DNA of 64,000 nt from Patescibacteria group bacterium (GCA_035291665.1 DATDRP010000004.1:22272-86271); one strand, 5' to 3'. Positions 18,577 to 28,005 are shown, counted from the stretch's first letter. Notes: generated from the letters alone by a model not told the origin. A program made the numbers and translations.

Positions 18577-18798
18577 ATGGAAAATAAAAATAAACCGGTA
18601 GAAGAAAAGACACTTGCAGAGCTACATGATGATCGAAGAGGCTTTTTTTCCGATGAAGTGCTGGAAGAACTGAGAGAAGAAAAATTACGAGAAGGATCAG
18701 AAGGTGCCGATAAAATAAATAAAGCATTTGCCAATTATCAACCCAAGCGTATTCCGGTAAGAAGAGTTGTTAAAGTCAGCGTTCCCAGAAGAGGTTAA
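18577..18798 (+). CDS. Small hypothetical protein
   Basis: 73 aa charged ORF after an A-rich leader. Confidence 0.5.
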   Translation: MENKNKPVEEKTLAELHDDRRGFFSDEVLEELREEKLREGSEGADKINKAFANYQPKRIPVRRVVKVSVPRRG

Positions 18799-18974
18799 GA
18801 ATATCTTCAAAAAAGTTATTAAACCGGGCATCCGATCAATTACTCATAATTTAGCTTCAAATATAGCCGAAAGGTGAACCCCCGGTTCAGTTTGATTATT
18901 TTGATTAATCCGCATTTTAATATTTATATGATTTTATTGTTCTTATTATTATTAATTAATATTATTTTGATAAT

Positions 18975-19012
18975 GGAGTTCTACCTGATGCACGTGCATT
19001 GCATGGGCACCC
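18975..19012. repeat. 38-bp imperfect palindrome, copy 1 (upstream of PaaX-like gene)
   Basis: GGAGTTCTACCTGATGCAC|GTGCATTGCATGGGCACCC; perfect core ATGCACGTGCAT. Confidence 0.8.
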
Positions 19013-19065
19013 AATTATGATGTATATTATTATTGTAAACTACATATTATTAGCCTTCAAATAAG

Positions 19066-19863
19066 ATGAAAACTCATAAAAATCCAAAAAGCAATCTTTC
19101 AAAGAAAGTTTTTGAACTTACTGAAGGTGTAGCAAGCAGATTGACTGATATGGTATTGATAATGCTGTATTACGGATTTGAAGCAGCTTTCTCCAGCCGG
19201 GGGGATCTATGGCAAGCTGGTGAAAAAGTAGTTGGTGATTTTGAATATCTAAACTCTAATTCTATAAAAAATGCCTTGAAGGGTTTGAAAAAACAGGGTT
19301 TTATCGGCAATAAAGGCAGTAGTGAAAATATTTCTGTTATAACAGAAACCGGGAGAAAGAAACTGAACGCAACTATTCCTTTTTACGACAATAAACGTAC
19401 TTGGGATAAACATGTGTATCTTGTTACTTACGACCTACCGGTCAGTAAAAACAATCAACGAAATTATCTCAGGACATATCTCAGGACTATCGGATGTGGA
19501 ATGCTCCAGGAAAGCGTTTGGGTTACACCATATAACCCAACGAAGTTAATTGATGAATTTGTCACGGATTCATTTCTTGAAGACAGTATGATATTGGTAT
19601 CATCATTCGGTAATGATGGTGCAATTGGGGACATGGATTTGCGATCGCTTATGGATAAGGTCTTTAAGCTTTCTGAAATAAACAAAAGATATCGCGATTT
19701 CTTACACCGGACTAATAACGGAGGTTTTACGAAAGAACAATTAATGTTTGGATATTTGGCAATACTGAAGGATGACCCTCAAATACCTTTTGAGTTATTA
19801 CCAGGTGATTGGCTTGGAGGTAAGGCAAATCAAGTTTTCCTCGAGAAGATAAAACAGGGCTAA
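19066..19863 (+). CDS. PaaX-like regulator (wHTH, Cas2-like ferredoxin domain, PaaX C-terminus)
   Basis: ITETGRK wing; WDKHVYLVTYDLP...LRTYLRTIGCGMLQESVWVTP; DDPQIPFELLPGDWLG. Confidence 0.85.
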   Translation: MKTHKNPKSNLSKKVFELTEGVASRLTDMVLIMLYYGFEAAFSSRGDLWQAGEKVVGDFEYLNSNSIKNALKGLKKQGFIGNKGSSENISVITETGRKKLNATIPFYDNKRTWDKHVYLVTYDLPVSKNNQRNYLRTYLRTIGCGMLQESVWVTPYNPTKLIDEFVTDSFLEDSMILVSSFGNDGAIGDMDLRSLMDKVFKLSEINKRYRDFLHRTNNGGFTKEQLMFGYLAILKDDPQIPFELLPGDWLGGKANQVFLEKIKQG

Positions 19864-19897
19864 TAAAACATTAAATTCATAAAAATAAGATAAAACA

Positions 19898-19935
19898 GGG
19901 TGTCTACTCAATGCACGTGCATTTGATAGGCACCC
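19898..19935. repeat. 38-bp imperfect palindrome, copy 2 (downstream of PaaX-like gene)
   Basis: GGGTGTCTACTCAATGCAC|GTGCATTTGATAGGCACCC; same core and register as copy 1. Confidence 0.85.
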
Positions 19936-20085
19936 CATTGACCATAACCATCGATTTGCCGTAACAGCATAACCTATATTTATCCGTCTTTGCAGAAAAC
20001 CGTGAGCGTAAGCTAGTGGAGATTCATTCATCTTTAAATCTGATACTTTAAAGATGGGTAGTCAGACTATATAATCGTTAAGGTC

Positions 20086-21357
20086 ATGAATTACAAACTC
20101 GATAAGCTTCCGAACGGCATCAGATTAATCACCGTAGAAATTCCCAACATGGAATCTGCGACGGTTACTTTGTGGGTTGGAGTCGGTTCGAGGTTTGAAG
20201 AAGATAAAATTGCAGGACTTTCCCATTTTCTGGAGCATATGGTCTTCAAAGGTAGTAAGAAACGCCCGACAGCAAAGAAAATCTCAGAAGCGATTGATGC
20301 CTTCGGCGGAGAATTTAATGCTTCAACTTCAAAAGAGTGGACGAATTTTTATATTAAAGCCCGGAAAGAAAAGGTTGATGTAGCATTTGATGTCTTGTCC
20401 GATATGGTTTTGAACCCCATTTTGTCCGAAAAAGAAATTGAGAAAGAAAAAGGTGTTATTTGCGAGGAAATTTCGATGTACGACGACACTCCAATGGCAA
20501 AAATCGATGATATTTATGAACGATTAATTTTCAAAGGCTCTCGTCTTGGAAGGGATATTATCGGTACAAAAGAAACGGTACGTGGAGTTAAACGTTCGGA
20601 TTTTGATGCATATAGAAAAACCCATTATAAAGGAAGTAATTTTGTAGTAACAGTTGCCGGTGGTATCAAACGTAATGAAGTATTAAAACTTACAAATAAG
20701 TACCTTTCGTCAATGAAGGACGGTAAAAAAGTTGAAGAAGTACTTTACAAATCTCAACAAAAAGTACCGACGGTACTATTGGAAACAAAGAAGAATGAAC
20801 AAGGACATTTAATTCTTGGTTTTTTAGGTGATAAAAGAGACCATAAAGACAAATATGCTGAAGCGGTACTTGCTTCTGTTATCGGAGGAGGAATGAGCGC
20901 TAGAATGTTTACCGAAGTTCGGGAGAAACGGGGACTTGCATATGCGGTACGTACCGGACCGGAACATTTCAAAGAAACCGGTTACTTCGGTACATATGCC
21001 GGAGTAGATTTGAAAAGAATCGATGATGCCATAAAGGTGATACTTGATGAGCATTATAAACTGTCTTCAAAGAAAAAACCGATTTCCAAAAAGGAATTTG
21101 AGAAAGCTAAGGAATTTATGAAAGGTCATTTGGCTTTATCACTGGAAGATACAAAAGCAATCAACGGATTTTTTGGAATGAAAGAGCTGCTATTGGAGAA
21201 AATTGAAACCCCCGATGAAGTAATCAAAAAAGTTGATAAAGTCACACTCGAAGAGGTTTATGCCTACGCTCAAAGAATATTCAAGCCCGAGAGATTATCG
21301 TTGGCTGTCATTGGACCGTTTGACGACGAAAAACGCTTCATGAAGCTGCTTCACTAA
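20086..21357 (+). CDS. M16 family (pitrilysin/MPP-like) zinc peptidase
   Basis: GLSHFLEHMVFKG (HxxEH), FNASTS, MSARMFTEVREKRGLAY. Confidence 0.95.
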   Translation: MNYKLDKLPNGIRLITVEIPNMESATVTLWVGVGSRFEEDKIAGLSHFLEHMVFKGSKKRPTAKKISEAIDAFGGEFNASTSKEWTNFYIKARKEKVDVAFDVLSDMVLNPILSEKEIEKEKGVICEEISMYDDTPMAKIDDIYERLIFKGSRLGRDIIGTKETVRGVKRSDFDAYRKTHYKGSNFVVTVAGGIKRNEVLKLTNKYLSSMKDGKKVEEVLYKSQQKVPTVLLETKKNEQGHLILGFLGDKRDHKDKYAEAVLASVIGGGMSARMFTEVREKRGLAYAVRTGPEHFKETGYFGTYAGVDLKRIDDAIKVILDEHYKLSSKKKPISKKEFEKAKEFMKGHLALSLEDTKAINGFFGMKELLLEKIETPDEVIKKVDKVTLEEVYAYAQRIFKPERLSLAVIGPFDDEKRFMKLLH

Positions 21358-21383
21358 ATTACCGGCGCGTATACTATTTAAGC

Positions 21384-22229
21384 TTAGGGGTAATTAATAT
21401 TAATCGGTTTATTTGGTTTTGATTTATCTTTTTTTCTGGCAATGATAAAGGCGATGACAAGAATTAGTAATACCAAAATCGATCCACCAATTATAACCAA
21501 TTTATTATTAGGATTGAAAATTCCGGAAGTTGAAGTGTAAACCCTTTCACCTGCGGGTTGGTTAGTGTCGGGGTTTGTTTTCGGATTCAAGGAGGGAAGA
21601 GGTCCTTCCGCATCGATTCCTTCTGTGAGAGACGTTTCATCAACCGAATCTGACCCACCCGTTGAATTCTCCGTGGGAGTAATGAGTAGTGTATCGTTTG
21701 CTTTCGGATCGGTGTTTTGGTATATGTATCCGGAAAAATTAGAAACCCTGCTTAGAATGTCACCTGTACCTTGGGAAACTGCTATGTTTGAATCAACAGT
21801 GCTTCCGGGTTCAAAATAAAACCAGACTTTTGCATTGCCTTCTTTGATTGCCTGGAATTTAATTTTAGCAAGTTCTCCCTTTCCGTTATAAGGTTTGTCG
21901 GGTGAATTAACAACACCGGATACGGTTACGGAACCTGTGTCATTATTGAAAAAAACCGAAGGGAAGTCATCGTAAATATCAGAAGCGTCAATTGCAACTA
22001 CTTTCAAAAGATTTGAATTAAAGAACAGTTTTGCACCCGCACCAAGTGAATTTTCACCATCGGTGTTTATCATTACTGAGATATCAATAACATCATATTT
22101 CTTAAGCGATGCCGATGCTGGATCCAAATAAAATTCCGGATTGGCAGCATGAATCTCACTAAAAGATAACAAAAATAGACTTACCAAAAAGACACTAAAT
22201 ATTTTTAAGTGAAGCACTTTTTTATTCAT
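21384..22229 (-). CDS. Membrane-anchored cohesin-domain protein (putative anchoring scaffoldin)
   Basis: Signal peptide (IHA-ANP); cohesin-like beta-sandwich (ISVMINTDG...LAKIKFQAIKEG...DSNI...DIL); disordered linker; C-terminal TM followed by RKKDK. Confidence 0.8.
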   Translation of the reverse strand: MNKKVLHLKIFSVFLVSLFLLSFSEIHAANPEFYLDPASASLKKYDVIDISVMINTDGENSLGAGAKLFFNSNLLKVVAIDASDIYDDFPSVFFNNDTGSVTVSGVVNSPDKPYNGKGELAKIKFQAIKEGNAKVWFYFEPGSTVDSNIAVSQGTGDILSRVSNFSGYIYQNTDPKANDTLLITPTENSTGGSDSVDETSLTEGIDAEGPLPSLNPKTNPDTNQPAGERVYTSTSGIFNPNNKLVIIGGSILVLLILVIAFIIARKKDKSKPNKPININYP

Positions 22230-22253
22230 GTAAGAGATTTTACGAAGCTAAAG

Positions 22254-24500
22254 TTAGAGCTGATCCTTCAATAGATTCCAGTTATGTCTCATGATGACAT
22301 AATCAAGGTTATTAATACTTCCGCTTCGATCCAAGTCAACCAAGGACAGAGCTGTGCCGTAGTTGGGGAGCATATTAAGCGTGTAGTCGATCTCGTTTAT
22401 TTCACCGTCTCCATTAAAGTCTCCGCCCAGAAGTATCGGGTTTGAAAGATCAAGATACGAGTTTGTGGTTGATATTACAACAGGGTTTGTATCGCTTCCG
22501 TATTTTCTCGGGAGATATCCTGCAGTCTGAATCAGGAAAACATAATTACCTGTGGCGATTGATAGGATTGCTTCTCCTGCTGTATTTGTGGTTGCGGTTG
22601 TTTGAGTGATCGTTGTTGTATTGGGTTTACGATAAGAAACTGTGATGTTCGCACTGTTACTTACCCCGGTTCTCAACTTTCCCTGCATCTTGATTTTCAA
22701 AGTAACACTTGATGGAGAAGGAGTATTCGTAGCCGATACCGATGTCGGGGTAGCAGTAGGAGGTACATTTGTAGGTGTTGCGGTTGGTACAGATGTGGGT
22801 GGAACTGCAGTCGGACTGACTATGGCTCCGGGTTGAGAATATACTTCAAATTCTGCAAGCTGGAAGTAGTAATTATTATCAGAAGCATTTATTCTCAACT
22901 TTGTTGCATTAATCCTGACATATCTTGCAGTAACTTGCGTGAAGGAGAATGACTGGACGTTACTTGTCGGAAGCGCATAATTCGTAAGGTTTGCGACAGT
23001 TGTCCAAGTCGAATTATTTTGGGAAACCTGAACTGCAAAGTCGATCGGAAAGCCTTGTCCGACGTTTGAAACGTCATTTCTGGGATAAAGATTGACTTTT
23101 CCAACTGTATAGTTTGTTCCCAAATCAACGGTTATCCATTCAGTATGGGAGACACTCAAATTACTAAAACTACTCCATCCGAATGGTGCTGCGGATGAAC
23201 TTGTGTTTCCGTCAACTGCACCTGTTTTGAACCAACCCCAGTTTTCAATTGAGCTGGATGCCAGAACTGCTTTATTGAGTGCCAAATTCAAGTTTGATTG
23301 AATCGTCGGTGTGGCTGTTGGAATTTGTGTGGGAATAGCAGTTGGCTGTACGGTAGGTTGAACAGTCGGCGTTGCTGTCGGAGTTTGGCTGCCTGTTATT
23401 ATTACGGACGTCCCGTTGACGCTTGTCAGGATATCTACCGGATCTTGAGTATTCCATGTTCCGGTAAGAACCATATTCGAGTCATTTCTACCTCCCGGAG
23501 TAAAGTCGAATGTAATCTGAGATCCGGAACTAACTGCGACTCCTTTGAAAATGATATCCCCAACATGGATATTCGATCCGTTAACAGGAGTGGTTGAGGT
23601 GCCGGATCCGACATTAACTGAAATATACGCAGTTCCGGTCGTATTATTGAAAGTTAGTCTTGGGGTTGAGGTAAATCTTGGTTCATTTCCTTTTACAACA
23701 GTCACGGCTTGAAGTACTGCCGGATTGTAGTTTACTATCGCGTCAATACCGTCAACGTTTTGTCCGGCCGTATCTCCATAGATACTTACTGTAAATTGAG
23801 TGTTCAGCGTCTTTGTGCCAGGATTTGTAAGGAAAAGCCTTGCAGAACTTACTGGATTTACGGTGATATTGGCTGGAGTTGTCTGAACACCGAGCAAAAC
23901 TGATTGCATGTTATATACTTCTGTGGATTGAGACAGGCTTACTACGGCTGTTTGATTTGAGTTTGAAGTATTTTGATCGAATGTCAGCTTTGCGATGTTG
24001 GCTATGCCGGAGAGTGGTGGTGCCGGTTGAGGAGTCGGAGTACTATCGTTATATCCGATTGCGATTACCAACCTGAAGCTACCCGTTGTATTTGCCGAGG
24101 CCATTGAAGTTTTTTGAACGACTGTCCAATATTGGGGGATTACTTGGATTTCTTGAGTAAGTTTGACCATCGTAGGATCAAAATTTCCTTGCAAATCGAC
24201 AAATCCCACCTGTTCACCCTGAGTATTAATATTAAGATCGAGTGTTGTTGAAGGAGGGACGGATGCCGTAGAAGGACTCAAGTAAAGACTAACTGTTGTG
24301 ACAGCCGCCTTCAGCCTAAGTCTGATTTCTCTTTGGACTAAATAAACTCCCACAATTGCAGAGATTGTCAGAAAAATTACCAATCCAAGCTGCATTGGAT
24401 GAAGTTTTTTAAGTTTGGCAAGCAAAACTCGAAACGCTTTTTTTAAGTCGACTACATTTTTTAACATAAATAAAAAATATGTCTTTATTAACAACATCAT
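22254..24500 (-). CDS. Putative scaffoldin: N-terminal TM, 2 cohesin-like domains, PT linker, F5/8 type C (CBM32), PT linker, X module, dockerin
   Basis: Cohesin motifs FDPTMVKL...IAKLTF and YNPAVLQA...VGDIIFKG...DSNM; NLALNKAVLASSS...WITVDLG...ARYVRI...LAEFEVY; GDFNGDGEINEID...DLDRSGSINNLD. Confidence 0.82.
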   Translation of the reverse strand: MMLLIKTYFLFMLKNVVDLKKAFRVLLAKLKKLHPMQLGLVIFLTISAIVGVYLVQREIRLRLKAAVTTVSLYLSPSTASVPPSTTLDLNINTQGEQVGFVDLQGNFDPTMVKLTQEIQVIPQYWTVVQKTSMASANTTGSFRLVIAIGYNDSTPTPQPAPPLSGIANIAKLTFDQNTSNSNQTAVVSLSQSTEVYNMQSVLLGVQTTPANITVNPVSSARLFLTNPGTKTLNTQFTVSIYGDTAGQNVDGIDAIVNYNPAVLQAVTVVKGNEPRFTSTPRLTFNNTTGTAYISVNVGSGTSTTPVNGSNIHVGDIIFKGVAVSSGSQITFDFTPGGRNDSNMVLTGTWNTQDPVDILTSVNGTSVIITGSQTPTATPTVQPTVQPTAIPTQIPTATPTIQSNLNLALNKAVLASSSIENWGWFKTGAVDGNTSSSAAPFGWSSFSNLSVSHTEWITVDLGTNYTVGKVNLYPRNDVSNVGQGFPIDFAVQVSQNNSTWTTVANLTNYALPTSNVQSFSFTQVTARYVRINATKLRINASDNNYYFQLAEFEVYSQPGAIVSPTAVPPTSVPTATPTNVPPTATPTSVSATNTPSPSSVTLKIKMQGKLRTGVSNSANITVSYRKPNTTTITQTTATTNTAGEAILSIATGNYVFLIQTAGYLPRKYGSDTNPVVISTTNSYLDLSNPILLGGDFNGDGEINEIDYTLNMLPNYGTALSLVDLDRSGSINNLDYVIMRHNWNLLKDQL

Positions 24501-24532
24501 ATTCCTGTAATGTTGTCAATAGCCTTGTTAGA

Positions 24533-25858
24533 TTATAGACTATAATTCCCAAACCAAACAATATAATCAGCGCCATTTACGATCCCGTCTCTATTAAAAT
24601 CTCCGACAATATTTCCCGAAGTTGTGGGTTTTTGATAGTTTGTAAACCAAATTAAGTAATCGGCGCCGTTTGCCTTGCCGTCTCCATTTGCATCACCGGA
24701 ATTTGACCGAATCGAAGTCGGGTATACCGAAGGCAACTGATCGCTAGCTGGGACAACCACTTCTACATAATTTGACAATACAGATTCCGATCCGTTTATA
24801 TTAACAGCCGAAACGTTATAAATATATGTTTTACCCGATGTAACGCTTGTATCGGTATACGAAGTCTGATTTGCAGTAAAATCGGGGCCGTATCCGCCAT
24901 CGTCGCGCCCAATCCGATAATGGGAAATGTAGGGAGTAGTAGATGAATTCCAGGAAAGCGATACCGATTTTGATGTGATTCCCGTGACTTTCAAATTTGA
25001 AGGAGCACATACAGCGGTTCTTATTACGTTTGCAGACGAGGATACGTTACCGGAATTATCCTGGGCTGTTACTTCATAGCTGTAAGAACCACAAGACAAC
25101 GATTTATCAGTATATTGATAGCTTTCAGTAACTTGATCCATGATCGGAGTGAAGCTGTGAATTTTTGTACCGTTACGCCAAATAGAATAATTCGGAATAT
25201 CGCGATTATCTTTGGATGCAGTGCTTGTCAATTCAAAACTGTATTGCATATAATCTGAAGTGTTCTTAACGGTCAGATACGGCGCAGTCGGAGCAGTTTT
25301 GTCGACAATATTTATTATATTGTAATCAAAAGCTTCCCATTCCTCATTAAATCCAAGGTCGGGATTGAATGCATGGGCGACAACCAAATAATCTCTAACG
25401 GGATATAAATTGCTGTCGAAAGAACAGGTGAATGGAGCTGAGAAGTCAGTACACAGTTCCCAAACGTTTGGTTTATCATAATTTTCTTCCAGTCCGAATT
25501 TGACATATTTGACATCACCTGTAGTTGTGACAGTTATGTTTACCAATCCTTCAGCACTATAACCCTCTTGGGGTGAAGTGACTGTGATTGTGATCAGACC
25601 GAGTGGGGGTGTGGGAAGCGGTGTGACGGTAGGGGTGGGAACTCCGCAAGACCAAATGCAGGATGTATCGTTTGAACAAGATGAGTACTCAAAACTTGAA
25701 CAATAGGAAGGACCTGTACAACAGGAATACGCTTCGGATCTTTCGGCGGTTTTCGGATTTTGTGTAAAAAAGATGGCTATATATAAAGTGACGGATAAGA
25801 TCCCGACTGCGGAAATCTGAAGGAATAACGGTTTTTTTAATTTGTTAAGAAAATGCAT
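24533..25858 (-). CDS. Exported Ig-like/FN3 protein with C-terminal dockerin
   Basis: N-terminal TM, Cys-rich segment, Big-like domain, FN3 repeats (APSNLKVTGITSKSVSLSW...YIYNVSAVN), GDANGDGKANGADY...GDFNRDGIVNGADY. Confidence 0.85.
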   Translation of the reverse strand: MHFLNKLKKPLFLQISAVGILSVTLYIAIFFTQNPKTAERSEAYSCCTGPSYCSSFEYSSCSNDTSCIWSCGVPTPTVTPLPTPPLGLITITVTSPQEGYSAEGLVNITVTTTGDVKYVKFGLEENYDKPNVWELCTDFSAPFTCSFDSNLYPVRDYLVVAHAFNPDLGFNEEWEAFDYNIINIVDKTAPTAPYLTVKNTSDYMQYSFELTSTASKDNRDIPNYSIWRNGTKIHSFTPIMDQVTESYQYTDKSLSCGSYSYEVTAQDNSGNVSSSANVIRTAVCAPSNLKVTGITSKSVSLSWNSSTTPYISHYRIGRDDGGYGPDFTANQTSYTDTSVTSGKTYIYNVSAVNINGSESVLSNYVEVVVPASDQLPSVYPTSIRSNSGDANGDGKANGADYLIWFTNYQKPTTSGNIVGDFNRDGIVNGADYIVWFGNYSL

Positions 25859-25950
25859 ACTCAGGTTATTTTAAGAATATGCTTAAAAGGAATTGATTGT
25901 CAAACAAAAATATTCAAAGAGGGTAAATGAATTTCGCTATTTATACGTAT

Positions 25951-26081
25951 TTCAAGAATACCCCATCTGAAGGCAATTGCCGAAGGATGGGGATGAATTG
26001 AATTAAGAATGTAACCTCGTTTAGACGGATCCGAAAGGATACCCCGCCTGAAAGCGACAGCGAGAGGGTGGGGAGGTTTCA
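25951..26081 (+). mobile_element. IS200/IS605-type miniature non-autonomous element (PATE-like)
   Basis: Left-end-like TTCAAGAATACCCCATC...GATGGGGATGAATTGAA and right-end-like ACCCCGCC...GGTGGGGAGGTTTCA hairpins; no transposase between them. Confidence 0.65.
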
Positions 26082-26103
26082 TATCAATGTATAAGAAAAT
26101 AGA

Positions 26104-28005
26104 TCACTTCCCGTAATTTCCGAACCAGATGATGTAATCAGCTCCGTTAACTATGGTATCTCTATTAAAATCTCCTGCTGATGGACCTTGGCTGGTTGTT
26201 TTTTTGTAGTTATTAAACCAGATCAAGTAATCGGCTCCGTTTACTTTTCCGTCGCCATTTGCATCCCCCGGTTTTGAAGTCGCCGTCGGGGTGGCTGTTG
26301 GAGTAACACTCGGTCCGCCGGTTGGCGGAGTAGGAGTAGATGAAGCCTGCGGTGTAGGCGAGGGTGGTATCGAACCGTTTACACTTATAGCTGTTGAAAA
26401 TTCACTTGCCAGTCCCGACCACTCAACCGATTTAACTTTAAACCAGGTATTTGATGTTGATCCTTGGTATCCGATACTGCCTGTATACAACCAGACAAAA
26501 GAGTCGTTCCAATGCTCGGCCGCGGTTGATCCCAGTACTCCTCGGACCAAGCCTGTAAACGAGGTGGGGGTCCTGCCGGTATAACTGACTAGTTCATTTG
26601 GTTTTTCGGATGACAGACCGGATATCTCCAGTGTACCTTGATCTGGAAAACCTGTTGTAGAATCTACATTAATTGAAGTTTGGTTATTTGTAATTTTGCT
26701 GGGAGCGTTCAGGTACGTTAACAATGAGGGGAGCAATGCAATCTGGTTATAAGTTCCCCCCTGGCTGGTGGAACCGTATATTTGATATTCCTTAATTTCC
26801 CGATGGTTAGGAGCGGGTTTAAAAGTGACTATTACATTACCGCCCGACGAAACCGCTTTCATATCAGAAGGTGCGGCGGGTTTCTTAAAAATAACATAGT
26901 AGAGATTTTTGTTTCCAGCTTGGCGAATATCTCCGCTAAATGCAATTTTAGTCGTATCGGGACTGAAGCTGGCGTTGACATAATCCCTGCCCGCATCACT
27001 CCCGTAATTTGCCACTCTTACCGGAGCCGATCCGGAAGTTGTGAGCGGTTGCGGAACACTGAAGACAAGAACGTGACCAACCTCGCCTCCAAGGTTAGCT
27101 CCCAGAACCATCCATTTAGCGTCAGGACTGAAGTTGGTGTGATCGCCATAAACTGCACCGTTTATCATAGTTAATTGTCTGGTTGCCGTATCTCGGGCAA
27201 AAAGAGTATTTGCATATTGAAAATCCGACCCATTCCCTCCGATCCAACCTTGACCTCCACCAATCATATAAGCAGAATCGGACAGGGTAGGATGGTCAAA
27301 AAGTCCTGCCCAGGTTTGGTTCCCTACATTAAGCTGGCCAAGAAATGTACCGGTATTAACATCAAAAACCATCGGTACATCTGTATATTGTTCCCATTGG
27401 CTATTATTAAGATACCAAGCGGCATTGTTACCCAGCCAGCCGTGGGTAACATCAAACCCACCTGACTGTCTGCCGGGGGAAACATAACCACGGCAATTTG
27501 TACCGTCAAGGTTAATGAACTTAACTGTACCTGTCCCGGAGCTGATATCGTTGGAGTTAGCAATACCTGAGAGTGTCCTTCCGTCGGGGCTAAGCATAGA
27601 AAAATAAAAAGGGAGGCAGGATGAGGCATTTGGAATTTGTGAAGATATGTTAGCGGCGATTTCTGTTTGGTAGAGATTTTCTTTTGAATAGTAGAACTTG
27701 CTGTCGTGGCTCCACCATCCCATCAGACCTTCCCCGACACCGCTGGAAGGGGCGCTTAAAGTGTGATTATTGTTTCCGTCAGTATTCATAACGTTATTAG
27801 GTCCGGTGATTATATATTGGCCATTAGGACTGAATGGGTTGGAAGTGTAATAAGAGGTAGGGTAGCTTGCAGAAGTATTAGTCATTCGCCATATTTCAAA
27901 GCCGGTTTCCGGATCGGTAAAGATTTCCTTGGGAGCTGCCTGAACAGGTGAGACAAAGATGGTAATAGTTAATATTGCGATAAAAACCTTAAACCAATGT
28001 GACAT
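26104..28005 (-). CDS. Secreted TolB/oligogalacturonate-lyase-like beta-propeller, FN3, C-terminal dockerin
   Basis: Signal peptide; FTDPETGFEIWRMT; repeated FSPNG/LSPDG/FSPDA/FSPDT blades; PT linker; dockerin. Confidence 0.75.
   Translation of the reverse strand: MSHWFKVFIAILTITIFVSPVQAAPKEIFTDPETGFEIWRMTNTSASYPTSYYTSNPFSPNGQYIITGPNNVMNTDGNNNHTLSAPSSGVGEGLMGWWSHDSKFYYSKENLYQTEIAANISSQIPNASSCLPFYFSMLSPDGRTLSGIANSNDISSGTGTVKFINLDGTNCRGYVSPGRQSGGFDVTHGWLGNNAAWYLNNSQWEQYTDVPMVFDVNTGTFLGQLNVGNQTWAGLFDHPTLSDSAYMIGGGQGWIGGNGSDFQYANTLFARDTATRQLTMINGAVYGDHTNFSPDAKWMVLGANLGGEVGHVLVFSVPQPLTTSGSAPVRVANYGSDAGRDYVNASFSPDTTKIAFSGDIRQAGNKNLYYVIFKKPAAPSDMKAVSSGGNVIVTFKPAPNHREIKEYQIYGSTSQGGTYNQIALLPSLLTYLNAPSKITNNQTSINVDSTTGFPDQGTLEISGLSSEKPNELVSYTGRTPTSFTGLVRGVLGSTAAEHWNDSFVWLYTGSIGYQGSTSNTWFKVKSVEWSGLASEFSTAISVNGSIPPSPTPQASSTPTPPTGGPSVTPTATPTATSKPGDANGDGKVNGADYLIWFNNYKKTTSQGPSAGDFNRDTIVNGADYIIWFGNYGK
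26108..26298 (-). repeat. Dockerin+linker coding repeat; eight related copies near 24536, 26104, 28059, 33093, 33467, 36911, 37292 and 39734
   Basis: This copy and 28063-28253 match at 187 of 191 nt by manual comparison. Confidence 0.95.

Noticed and set aside
19066-19863. CRISPR-Cas system suggested by the Cas2-like motif and flanking repeats
   Set aside because: Only two repeats about 900 bp apart, no spacer array and no other cas genes; the protein has PaaX architecture.
25900-26082. 60-aa ORF with an internal repeat (PHP.A.AFR.GIL)
   Set aside because: It is a translation of the two hairpins of the miniature element.
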